From the NCBI GenBank assembly GCA_009602735.1, contig WELA01001079.1, positions 1 through 64,000 on the forward strand: a stretch of DNA of 64,000 nt, given 5' to 3'. This document shows positions 24,629 to 36,195 of this stretch, in pieces. The notes beneath the pieces are model-generated. The model saw only the letters and a program-made list of their open reading frames with translations. It did not search any database and was not told the origin of the DNA. Position numbers and translations under genes: made by a program. Positions within the stretch are counted from its first letter, which is position 1. Each line of letters begins with the position of its first letter. This DNA comes from Mesotaenium endlicherianum. Lineage: Eukaryota.

Positions 24629-27600
24629 AGGCATGGCTGGCACCAATTCCTCGAGCTCAGTCTTAACTGACGATCGATATTTGGCAAATGGCACAGCGAA
24701 CAATTTTGTACGTGATCTCTCATGGTCTTACCATCAGAAACTTCCAGTTCCAACACACCATTGTCGAACGCATGTTTCACGTGTAAGATTATTGCACCTG
24801 AACTGGTGTCAATGGTGGTCTTAGTCTGGCGCTTGCGGTAGACGAAGTCTCCTTCCAAGATCTGCGTCATTTGCAGGCGGTAGCTCCCATCTCGCGTCCT
24901 GGCGTAACGCTGCGTGTCTCTTTTCTTTGCAATTTTCAGATTGTCCAGGGCAGCAGGCATCATGTGCTCAAATAACACCTTGCGGCGCAACATGACCTTT
25001 AACAGTTCATCAGGGTTGTCCAGATCTTTCACCTGCTCATCTCCTGCTTGATGCTGCAGGGCACAATTGGACTTCTTCCCAACAGAATCTGATAAGGCGA
25101 GTAATTTGCCAAAGAAGCTTGCTTGCTAAATCTGTAACCCATAACCAGCCATGGCAGGGCCAGATCCCAATCACGCTTATCATGCTCAAGGCAAAATTTG
25201 CGCAAAGCAAACTTAATGGTTTACACCATCCGTTCTGCCCGACCATCTGCTTGTGGGTGGTCTCTAGACGTAGTGCGCTCGTCAATGAAGCATTTAACCA
25301 GGAGGTTCTGAAAAGATCCTTAGAACTCAGACCCTTGGTCTGTCAACACTTCTGCTGGGGCTCCATGACGTACAATCACACCATTGAGGAGCGCTCTTGC
25401 GGTCCCCAAGCTTTCCTTAGCGGTTAGAGGTACCACCTCTATCTACTTAGAAAAATGCTCAATCATGACCATAATGTACTTGTTACCTCGCTTGGACAGC
25501 GGTAACTCACCTGCGAGATCGCAGCTCCACCGATAGCCTAGGCCCATGATTAGCAGTGGTTGCACGTGTAGGTGTTGCTGCGTAAAACCAGCCTTGACGC
25601 GATCGCAACTTGTACAGGCCTTGATCACATCCTCACATTGCTGCTTCATGCCCCTCCACCAGTAAGACAGCTCCAGAAGATTGTATGTCTTCTTGACACC
25701 ATAGTGTCCATTTATTATGATGCATTTCCTGCACCAGAGCTCGTCTTTTGGTGGATTCTGGCACTAACTTTTCCTGACCAGTTTCTTCAATCTTGAAGAG
25801 GTTATTGCGTTTCCAGCAAAACCTTTTAGCTCGATGACCTACCTGGTCCTTTTCTTTTGCCGATAATCCTTCCATATGGACCTTCGTCTTCAACCAATGC
25901 ATAGTGGCTTGATCTTTCCAGATGTCTGAACTGAACAAAGGTAGGGGCTCAGCTTCTCCTGATGCTACCACTCTAGCCATTTAAGCCAGGCAGGCGGCCA
26001 ATTCTGTGGGGCTGCTCAAATCTTCGTCTTCTCGAGCTCCTAACCTGTCGTGTGCGGATGGGTCCGGGTTCCTGCTGAGTCCATCAGCGTCGTTGTTGAG
26101 TATACCTGCTCGGTGTATCACCGTCATCTGGTACTCCTGGAATTTGAGAGCCCAACAAGCCAGTTTACCAGTGAGGTCTCCATTCTTCATCAGCCAGAAT
26201 AATGGCGAATGATTTGTGATCAACGTGAAGGGTCTACCCCATAGATACTCTCTGAAATATGCAATAGCCCAAACCACTGCCAGTAGCTCTCCTTTGTAGG
26301 ACAAGTAGTTGCTCTCCGCTCAGTTGTTAGAGCGCGAGGCATAGGCAATGACGTACTTCTCTCTAGGAATTTCCAACACTGCAGGTGTCCTAGGAGCTGA
26401 ACTGTCCTTCTCCCATGTTCCAGTGGATGAGGGATGCACCATGGGAATGTGAATTCCCAAAGTCATGGCTTTGCGAATTACGCCATCCTCTCCCTCTCTC
26501 TGCAAAATCTCTGGGATAGGTTGTGGAGGAGGAGCCGTGGTTCCTTTCGGAACCCCTTCTCTCTGAGCTGTTCCCCTGTACTTCAAGTAACGCATCAGCA
26601 TCCGCCTGAAAGGTGCATTGCCTTCCCGGGCAACCTTTCTTGGTCTGCTTGCGCGACCGTGAGGATTTCCTTGTGTTGGTTCCACCTTAGCGATGCAGGC
26701 AGCCACTTCCTGCGGTTGTTGTAGCTAATGTGGGGTAGCTTCTGGTGCTGGCAAACTGGTGGTTGGAGTGCTGGATGTAGGCGACCTTAGATCGTTGTGA
26801 AGATCGGCCGAGCTGGGTCCTTCTATCACCAATTGGTCGTTCACCCAGTCATCCGTTCTGAGTTCTTCTAGCTCCTATAGATCCAGTTCAGGGGTAGGAA
26901 AACGTGGAATTGCTTCCTAAGTGTCCTTTTCAATGGTGACTGACGGCAGGTCGAACCCTGGAAGGTCTAGCATCTCTGCCTCATCTTCAACTGATTTCGC
27001 CGCTCCGGGTGGTGGCGTTTCTCCTTCATTATCTGTGTTGAGCTTTGCCAAGTTGACGATGGCTGATTGCAGAGCGCTTGCCGCCTTAGCCACTTTTCGT
27101 TCCTTGTGTTGTCGGGCGTCTGCGTCCAGAAGCTGCTCCATGATTTGCCTTGCAATGGATTCAGCAGTTTGACTGGCTGAACCCTGCTGTTGCCCCTTAG
27201 CTTGCGGCTCTAAGCTCATCAAGGCAGGTGTTGTAGACAGTGTCTTGTCCAACTCCTCCTGGCGTTCTTCGAATATTACTTCGAGGCATATGGTCTTTGC
27301 AGACCCTCCAAAATCTCCTGACTTCTGGCTACTCTCTTCGGCCCATTCACTAGAATTGCACTGCTGTTCTTGCCTTGGTACTTGGTTTAGGCAGTATCCA
27401 GTAGTTTCAACTGTAAGCTCAGGAGCCTTCTTCTCAGATTCTTCTGACATGTCTTGTAACGACGCTCGCTCTGGTGAAGACGATACACTTTTTGTTGGTT
27501 TCCCAGCTACTTGAGCTTTCCTGCCAACAGTCTCCGTGCCCAGCTGCCCTTAGGCTGAGGGGGGTATCACACACTGACCCGGCCTTTTCTGGGGTCTCTT

Positions 27601-28039
27601 GACGTCTTGATGTCGTTGTTCCGGGAGGTGAGCTCCCAAAAATCTTGCTGTAAGTGGCGTTTCTCACAGATAATGGGGTGCCATGCGTATCGTCCCCCAC
27701 TCCTGGTAGCGGTGCTGCTTGCTCAGGCGCTTGATCCCTCATGGGTGTATCCTCTCTTTCCAGAGGTGCTTGTAATTCATAGGTCCGATTATCAATCCGG
27801 TCCAATAGATCCTGACATCTCATGAGTGTTGCCATCCTATCTCCCCTCTATGCTCTGTCTACAGCGGCTTCCGCTGCGTCTCTTTGCACCCAGTATTCTT
27901 CTTGTTGCTGGTGTGCCATTCTGATAGCCCTCTGGTCAGATGTTGGCACCACATTGATCCCAATTGTTACTGGTCTTGGTCTCGGCATAGGCTTGTTGGT
28001 GAAGGTCAACTGTTGCCATGTCATGATTGTTTCCACCAA

Positions 28040-28995
28040 CCAAGTCATAGAGTGCTACCCGATCATGTTGCCAAAAACCTTTGCAGCCTCATCTGATCCT
28101 ACACCACCAGCCATATGCCGAGCTATGTTGTCGGGTATTCCAAGGCATTTGCCCTTTTCCACCGTGGTGGGCTCTTTCCACACGGCGTCTCTTTTATAAA
28201 TGTCTTTGACCATTCCTGGTCCACCTCCTCTGAAGGCTCGGGATCCTGGACATGTTGTGAAGGTAGGCAGTACCACTCTTGGCTGACCTGGTTCGTTGAT
28301 GACCCACTGTGGATAGGAATCCCTCCAGGTCACTGGTCTGGTATCCACCGCCAGTGCCTTTTACACTGTCAATGCTGTTGGTGAGCGTTGTGTAATGTCC
28401 TCCAATTCTCTCAGAACCTCGATAGACGTGCCGTTGGTCCAAAATATCCTGGCCCTATGAGACAATCCTTCGTGCTTGGCGTCGTTGATTAGCACATGAC
28501 GGCCCAAATTGGAGTCGAAAATCAGCCATTGTTCTCCCGACTTCATCTGCTTGTAGTCCATTCCTGGATGTACGTTCTCAATCACAAACACAGGTGGGTG
28601 ATAGTGCTGACGTTCCCGCAGTATGCTGATGATTTTCACCATCCATCCCCAGTGTTGTGCTCGTGGATCACTGAATTCCCTCTTGTTTCTAGCTTGAGCA
28701 AATGGTTGACAACGGAATCCAGCAAAGATCCAATCACTCCTGTAACCATACAGGTATTCAGGCTTCACGTATATAATGTTGCCTTCAGCAATGCACTCGA
28801 CATTGCTAGATACAAGCGCCAACCTTTGAAAATGATGCATTTGCCGCATCTGATTCATGACCTCTTGGAATGCTCGAAAAGTGTGGTCATTGTTGTCCAC
28901 ATACAGGACTTCGGCCACCTGTATTTCTCGCTGGATCAATGCTATGGTCCCACAGCCAAGTGCGGCAAATAATTCCAGCACCACCACTCCCCTTT
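28040..28995 (-). pseudogene. C5 cytosine DNA methyltransferase domain inside the element-B polyprotein
   Basis: In the 411-aa ORF 28361-29596, contiguous with the protease C-terminal half: motif I VVVLELFAALGCG; motif IV IFAGFRCQPF; motif VI FVIENV; motif VIII SHRARIFWTN. In ORF 28055-28348: motif IX EPTTVEKGKCLGIP and motif X KVFGNMI. Confidence 0.92.
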
Positions 28996-31900
28996 TGCGG
29001 AAAGGATCTTCCATCCTGACAATGCCTTGCGGCAGCGGCTCCACTCCAAGCATCGGATTTGGAGAGGAGGTAACTGGGTAGGGTACTAGCAGCAGCTCTT
29101 GCGGGCTGTGGTCCCTATTACTCACATTTTCTAGCTGCTTCATGATCCGGAATTGCCATACCAAGGGTGTTGGCATGTTGATGCTTGTATAGCCTTCCTC
29201 TTCTTGCTTCATGAGGTTGTCGCTGGCTTCTGGGTACGTGTCATTAAAGTAGCAGTCTAGCAGTCCGTAATTTGCTTCTCCTATGCAAACCATTTTCACA
29301 GGAATCTCTCCTGCCGGCTGTCTATCTGTTGACTGGTAAGTCACTCTCTGTTTCCGCAGATCAATGATCATACCCAAAGGAATCAATGTTTCTGTTCGAA
29401 AGAGAACATCATAGTTCTCAGCTTCCGTCACTGTGCACTCCATGAATTGTGACGCCTCTTTAGGTTCCCCTGGATTTACTATGATTTTCACAAGCTTGCG
29501 GGTAATCCCACAAGATTTTGAGACTTGTCCTGAGGCAGTTCTCGATTGAAAAGGACTCTCTTTCAGGTCCCTTGTCGTCAAACCTAGAGCTTTCACAGCA
29601 CGTTCCCCAAAATGACTGGCTGTGCGCCTGTATCCAACAGGATGTTGGGAGCTGCCCTGTTGTTGAAGATCAGTGCACCATCCTAATTTTGCACTCTTAC
29701 GGTGCTAAAATTGGTGGGCAATGAGGCGGTATTTGCACCTCAGCTATAACCATCTGATGTCCGGCCTCTTTAACCATGAATGGGTAGGTGATGTGCAAAT
29801 CAGCGAGAGAAAGCAAAGGAGCATGCTGGATCCGGTGTTCCACCAGAGCCTTCAGCTTCTCCAGTGAAAAACTCAATGTCTTGCGCGACCCGGGCCTGGT
29901 TTGTCGTAGCTGCGAGATCTCGTTTTCATCTAAAGTGATCCGGCAAGTGTGAGGAACCTTTCCCGCATTCCTTGGCACCAGACGGTTGTGATCTACTTGC
30001 TCGGCAGCTGTTGCATCCACAGCCTTTTCAGGCAACCGCTTCTCGCCTTTGCAGACGGTCTTTTCTGCAATGTCTGCATCATAATAGACATTAAGCGCAT
30101 TTAGATTTGCAAACTGTGCTTTCAACTCAACGATTTCTGCACTCATAGCTTCATACTTCTGGTTACCCTTGCGGTTACCTGAGCCACCCTTTTGTTTCTT
30201 TTTCTCTTTGTCTGCCTCTTTCGTGGCAGCATTTGCCCAGGGCGGCTTTAGATTTGGGTTCTTAGACCAACACTCATCTTCCGAGTGTCCCTTCTTACTG
30301 CAATGTGCGCATATCTACGCTTTGCTAGCGGATAGTTGCTTAGCATCTGGGTACAGGCAGTCTCTCTTGTGATACTCTGATTTCCCGCAATTCCAACAAC
30401 TCTCTGCTGTCTCAGCAGTGTTGGCGTGCTTAGCAAACTTATTGAAAGACCCGCTCTTTTACCCTAAACTGAAAATTAGAGCTGTTGGCCTTAGGCGAAG
30501 AGAATTCCTCTCTCCTCTTAGGAGCCATAAGCGTCCTGGAAGCCTCTTTATACCATACTTTACCTTCTTCGACATTTCGTGCTATTCAATCGCCTCGTCG
30601 ATATCCCAGTGAATCCCGTGTTTTGCGGACGGATGTGGCCTAACGTCACGATCTGTTTCCTTGCCGAAGCACAACAGAAACTTGTCAGCCACTATTCTGG
30701 GCTCGTATACTTTTGCCTTTTTGGCAAGGTCTACCAATCTGGATTTGACCTCCATGACTGTCTCGTTCTTCTGACGAACAAAATGTACATAACGGTGCAC
30801 CTTAAGACTGCGATCCTCAGGGAATCGTGCCTCAAGCAACTTGAAGAAACGACCCAGGCAATGCGTGGCGTCTAGCTGGTCATCCCCAGCCTCCATATCC
30901 TTACGACAGCTAGCCAAGGCTTGCGCATGGCTTGCCTCTCTCGTGGCGCTATCGCTTTGCTGCCCATTGAGAGGTGTAGCTCTGCGTGTTACTCGTTCCT
31001 GAGCTTTAGCAATCTTTTATGACAGTTCTGCACAGACCTTTTGCAATTCTGCGACAGAGCCGACATCATCATCTTGAGGGGCAGCCTTCCGCTGACCCTC
31101 AGTGAGTTGCCTCATGGCCTCTGTTAATTCTTGTCTTAGTGCAACTAAGTCTATGCTCTCAACAGGAGCAGTTGTCATTGTTCTTCTTGAAGATAAAGTG
31201 GACATTCGGGCTTTCGCAGCCTCTTTCTGGATTTTTAAATCCCTAGCCCTTTTCTGTTCTTCAAACGCCCATTTTTGGGTGAGGTCCTCGTCCTTCCGGA
31301 ATTGGCGATATTACAGCAGGGCATCCTTGTCCAAATACTGAACCAAGCCTATAAATGCGACAGATTGCGTATAAGAAGAATCCTTCCGAATCTTCTCAAA
31401 GAATTATGCTCAATAGATCTCATCAAACTCTTCGAAAGTGAGACCATTTCCGCTGGTTCGTCCAATAAAACACTTTGCAGACAGCTTGAACTTAGGATTT
31501 TCATCCCGTTCATCACCGGCCATTTCGAACGGTGAAGAGGACTCACTGACTCTTCCCCACACGTCTTGCTCTCTGCCCAAATCAGGTGTAAAGGCTCGTA
31601 TGTTATCTGGGTTCTCACCGTTTGCGGAGTTATAACAAGACTCGTCGCTCGACGTTTGCTCACTCCACCGGTTGTCAGTATGCACAGACGTCTTACTTTC
31701 TCGTGGACTCTGGCTAGAATCAGAACCTTCTGCAAGCTCCACAGAGTGGTAGAGTCTTCCACTCCTCAATTGCATATACAGTTGAATTTCTCCGGGTCCC
31801 TTTCCAGGTTGAACACCGGCACCCTTCACAGGCCTCAATCCCCAACTGACTTGGAAATGCTTGTTCACCTGAACCAATCAACCCAAGTTCTCAGAAGTAG

Positions 31901-33695
31901 GACAGAAGCGTCTTACTTCCACACAGGCTTTCGCCCAAGTTGAGGGTTTACAGAATGAACAAGTTGGTAGTTTGCAGAAATCACGTCTAAGCAGCTTAAC
32001 AGGCAATGCCAAGTTCAAAGAAAATCGCCCTTGAAGGCTTTCGCTTAACTTCCACGAGTCACAGCTTACAAAACTCTGAACTGCACATCTATGCTGGCCT
32101 GGTCTGAGTTCTTTGCTCAACACCGCGCCTCAACAGCTCTTCACTAATTGGCTGGGCTCACTCAGTTCTTCGCTGAGAGATTTTGCTTGTTAATACTACT
32201 CTTGCTATCAGCAATTCGACAATGGAGACTTCTAAGAACTTGGAAACTAAGACAGCACTCACCATTTTAAGTCACCCTCGCACGCTGGTGGCGTTTGACC
32301 CAAATCTATGCTACTCTCCTAACAGATTCTATTCTGCAGCTCTCTACTTTCTACCAGCGAGATCCTCTCTTGGGAACTTTTGAGGTCTAACCATTCTATG
32401 ATACACTTTAGGACGAAATCTTCCAGCGTCGACAGAAGCGTGGCGCTCTGACTCTTCTATGGCCTTGGGAACTCCTTCTTCTTCGCGCTCCTTTTGCTTC
32501 TTTAGCTTCCTTCGACAACGATGCGAGCAAGAATGAGGCAGCTTCAGGCAGGGCTCGTGCCTTTCACAGGCACCACACATTATCCTCTCTCGAGAATGCC
32601 AGTGCTTAGCCACCGCGCTTAGCTTGCATGCCGTCCTTGCCCGGCAGTTCTCTCACAGCTTAGAAGTTGTCATTCAGCATGCATGCATGCATGCATTGGG
32701 ATTGTTGCGCGTGACCACTCAGCCTTCCAGCTGACAATCACGCCTATGTGGCTGGCTGACAGCGTTTAGGATGAACGCTCAGGCCGTGACCAGTCACCTG
32801 AGGGCCTAGCCGAGGCGGCACACGGCGCCCTTTGCAACATCCTTGCTGTACTTGGCTTGGATAGCCGATTGATCAGTATCTTTCCTGGCACTTGCTAGTC
32901 TGGCTCATTGCTGGTTCCATGTCCCTAGCCTTTCGGCTGACCACTCGGTCCACATCCGCATCCCATCCTGGGTGTGGGCGTGACGTGTCGTGACCACTTT
33001 GACAGTGACAACGACTTCAACATGCCCGCTGACTCGGTCCTCTGGTCGGTGAGTCAATACTGACTTCCCGAACCTGGGCGGCCGTGACTTGCGCTGCGCG
33101 TGCGGCACCGTCAAGTGGATAGCAGTCGCGACAATAATCGCGCAACACAATTATTTTGCTCCTACACGTCGAATTTTGAATAATTGGCGCTATCTAAAGG
33201 CGCTATATGCCCCCTCCTCCTGGGGGAAGTCACCCCCCCATGCCTGAGAGTCGCTACTTGCACCACAAGTGCTGCGCAGTCCAAGTGGTAGCCATCGCGA
33301 CATACATTGCTCTCCATTTTCAATCTTTGGAGCATGGGGTGGTAACTCCCCTCCAAAATTTGGGTGAAATAGCGCCCAGGATTCAAAGATGAAAAATAGC
33401 GACCTGAAATCAAAATTATGCAGTGAATTAGCGCCCTTAAATCAAGGAAATGTGGGTCAATAGCGACCTGAAATTAAACTTGGAAAATTTTAGTATTGGG
33501 AAAATTAGTGCCAGTTATCACCCCATGCTTTGGAGGGTAAAATCAATATTTTGTACTTTTTTTGCGTGTGCCAGGAGGTTCGGAGTGCGTTATGACTATT
33601 TGGAGAATAAGTCTAAGGTTGCTGAACTTCTTCAGCAGGCTGAAGGTGAAATGGCTAGGACATCTGTACCGTGAGGAACCTCACTGTTTTAAGAC

Positions 33696-36195
33696 ATGGC
33701 TGTTGACTACCAGTACGGCCACTTCAGATCAATGGTTCCCGAGAACCAGATTACAGTAGGGCCGTCTGAACAAAGGTCCTTATCCTGTCTTGAATAATAA
33801 TCGATTTCATTCCTTTGGATAACTTACTGATGGCATGGCAGGGCAGTCTCGCGGTTTTTCGCTGCGTGTAATTGAGCTTCGCGGCGTCCTCCCATCTGTC
33901 CTTTTATATATGATATTAATTGCAATAGAGTTACTTCTATGTGTTTTCGTCAGTGTTATCGAAGGTGATGACCTTTTTCGAGGGGTGGCCTGTTTAGGTC
34001 TTTCTTCCTGTGCTGGCCCCCAATTGCTTACTAAATTCGCGTTGGCTGGTAGATTGCAGATGGAGGTACTACGACCATGGGCCAAAGTCAGTGCCTCCTG
34101 TTATTTTTCTGGGAGGCGTGGGAGTGACAGCAGATGTGTTTTATAGGCAGCTCCTTACGTTGGCTGGCTGGGGCTACAGAGGCATTGCTGTAGATTATCC
34201 GGCGCTATGGACGCACAAGCAGTGGCTCACAGCATTTGATCATTATCTTGATGTCCTTCGCCTGCACCAGGTCAGTGCTGACATTACATCATGTCTCGCT
34301 GTTCCAGTGCCCTGATAGATGATGCCCTGACCGAGCATTAAGTATATGGCTGGTATTTTAATTGGGGGTACAGGTGGATAGCGTTAGAATTCAATGTACG
34401 ACTTGGGTGTGATTGACGTCTTTCCCAAATTGATTTCGTGTTGTGCTCCGATGAGGCGCATTTTAAACCATTGAGATTTGAAATTAAGAATTGCCAATAA
34501 GTTGGCAGCTTAGCAAATGGCAGGTTTTGTTCAGGAACATCAACCTCACACAAGCAGGAGGGATATTACGGATGCTGATTGAAAAGTGCAGTGGTGCAAA
34601 AAATGAGTTACTTCTAGTGCGAGGTCGTAACTGAGGGGTGAGCAGGTGCACCTGTATGGAATGTCACTGGGAGGCTTTCTAGCTCAGCTGTATTGCCAGC
34701 ACAGGCCACGCAGGGTGCTGTCCGTGGTGCTGTCTAATACGTTCCTGGATACGCGCTTCTTCTTCCAGTCTTCTGGTGTCTGGTCAAAGGTGTAAGTTGC
34801 CTGCTTGCAGAGTCTATTTTCAGCTTTTTTTAAGTTTACTGCAGGTGCGAGTTCTCTATTGGTCAATAATGAGGTAAGGGCTTGCTATCCTGGCGTGCTC
34901 TGGATTGTAACGCTGCCTATTGGGATAAGCTCCTGGCACAGGTATATATGCCTTTGCTGTCTTGTGTCGAGGGTACACATGTTGGACGTTGGTGTGTCAG
35001 CTCCTGCTCATATACCTCAACTTAATTGGGTGACAGGTTTGCCTGGGCTCCGGATTTTGTGCTGAAGAGGCTTGTGCTGTCAGGGCTGCATCAGGGCCCC
35101 CACGAGGCCCTCACGGCTGAATCAATTGACTTTGTAGTGGCACACCTGGACAAGCTTGGACGTGCTGAGCTGGCAGCTCGCCTCTCTCTCAAGACCGAGG
35201 TTGCAGCCGTGGGGCGTCTGACCCTTTCAGATGTAAAGATTACAGTGATGGACAGCCTGGACTGTGTTTCAGTTCCACCTGCGCTCAAAGATGCTGTCTT
35301 CGAGCGCTACCCAAACGCAAGGCGTGCCACACTCAAGTCCGGCGGCGAGTTTCCTTCTCTGTGTAGGGCTGACGAGGTGGGCCTGCATCTAGTGCTGCAT
35401 TTGCGCCACGTGCATGCTGCACGCGTTGCTTGTGCTCCAGATGTTTTGGCTGACATGCAACTAAGGGACGTGCAAAAAGGCAGCCCATCTTCACATTGGG
35501 ATGGCAGGGGTGGAGGAGCAGCAGGACAAGGAGGGACAGTAGAAGGCAAACAGGAGCAATCAGAGATCAGCGACAAATGCATTTGCGAAAGGGAAAGGGG
35601 AGGCGGCGATTGGCATGCTTTGGCGCACCATGAAAGGCCTGCAGGTGACAGAGGCGGAGTCGCGGCAATGCTTCAGGGAAGGCACGAGAGCATCAGCAAT
35701 AGCATCAAGACAAGCACTTCCTCTGAATGTTCAAGTTTGCGAGCTGGGTGCAGACGGAAGCTGCTTATGGACGGTCGCAGCGCGAAGGGGTGGGCGGAGG
35801 ACGCCAGCCACTTGCAAGATTGGGCTGACGCTGACCATCCTCTGTCGTCCGTAACAGGAGGTGCTATTGCTGGCGTTAAGATTGTGACTCCGAACGACCT
35901 GTTGCAGGTCACCCAAAATGTAATGCACAAGACTACGGAGAACATAGACTTGAACAACAACGGGCGCACGTCATACCGGGGGGTAGAGGATGAGAAAGGT
36001 GAGGGCGAGAAGCTTTCAGGTAGCACAAGGAATTTAGGGGGTCCTGCGGATATCGGCAGGAGTCATGTACCAGGGGGGGATAAGAACAGAGGCAGAGGCT
36101 TGCTGGCCTGCGACAAGAAGCACCAGCAGTATCAGGAAAGGAATGTGGACAGGTACCGGAAGAGCAATCCAGTTGTTTGGCTTCCATCCTCTTAA
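33696..36195 (+). CDS. SPG21: Maspardin (SPG21/ACP33)-like alpha/beta hydrolase-fold protein; exons 33696-33775, 34060-34270, 34646-34791, 35037-36195; 531 aa predicted
   Basis: YGHFRSMVP...WRYYDHGPKSVPPVIFLGGVGVTADVFYRQ...VHLYGMSLGGFLAQ...WAPDFVLKR...LKSGGEFPSLCRADEVGLHLVLHLR; all three introns GT-AG with consistent phases; 1596 nt in frame. Confidence 0.9.

Larger units (their letters stand above)
24404..31877 (-). mobile_element. Decayed Ty3/Gypsy element B: gag (two CCHC knuckles) - protease - C5 DNA methyltransferase - linker - RNase H - integrase - PHD finger; no recognisable RT; LTRs not identified
   Basis: gag FVRQKNETV; CWNCGKSEYHKRDC and CAHCSKKGHSEDEC; ILLDTGAQPVILG (~29610-29645); YVIAYASRSNN...GELLAVVWAI...DADGLSR; GHYGVKKT...CTSC; WSCDLAG...IEHFSK; LTDQGSEF. 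Confidence 0.9.
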
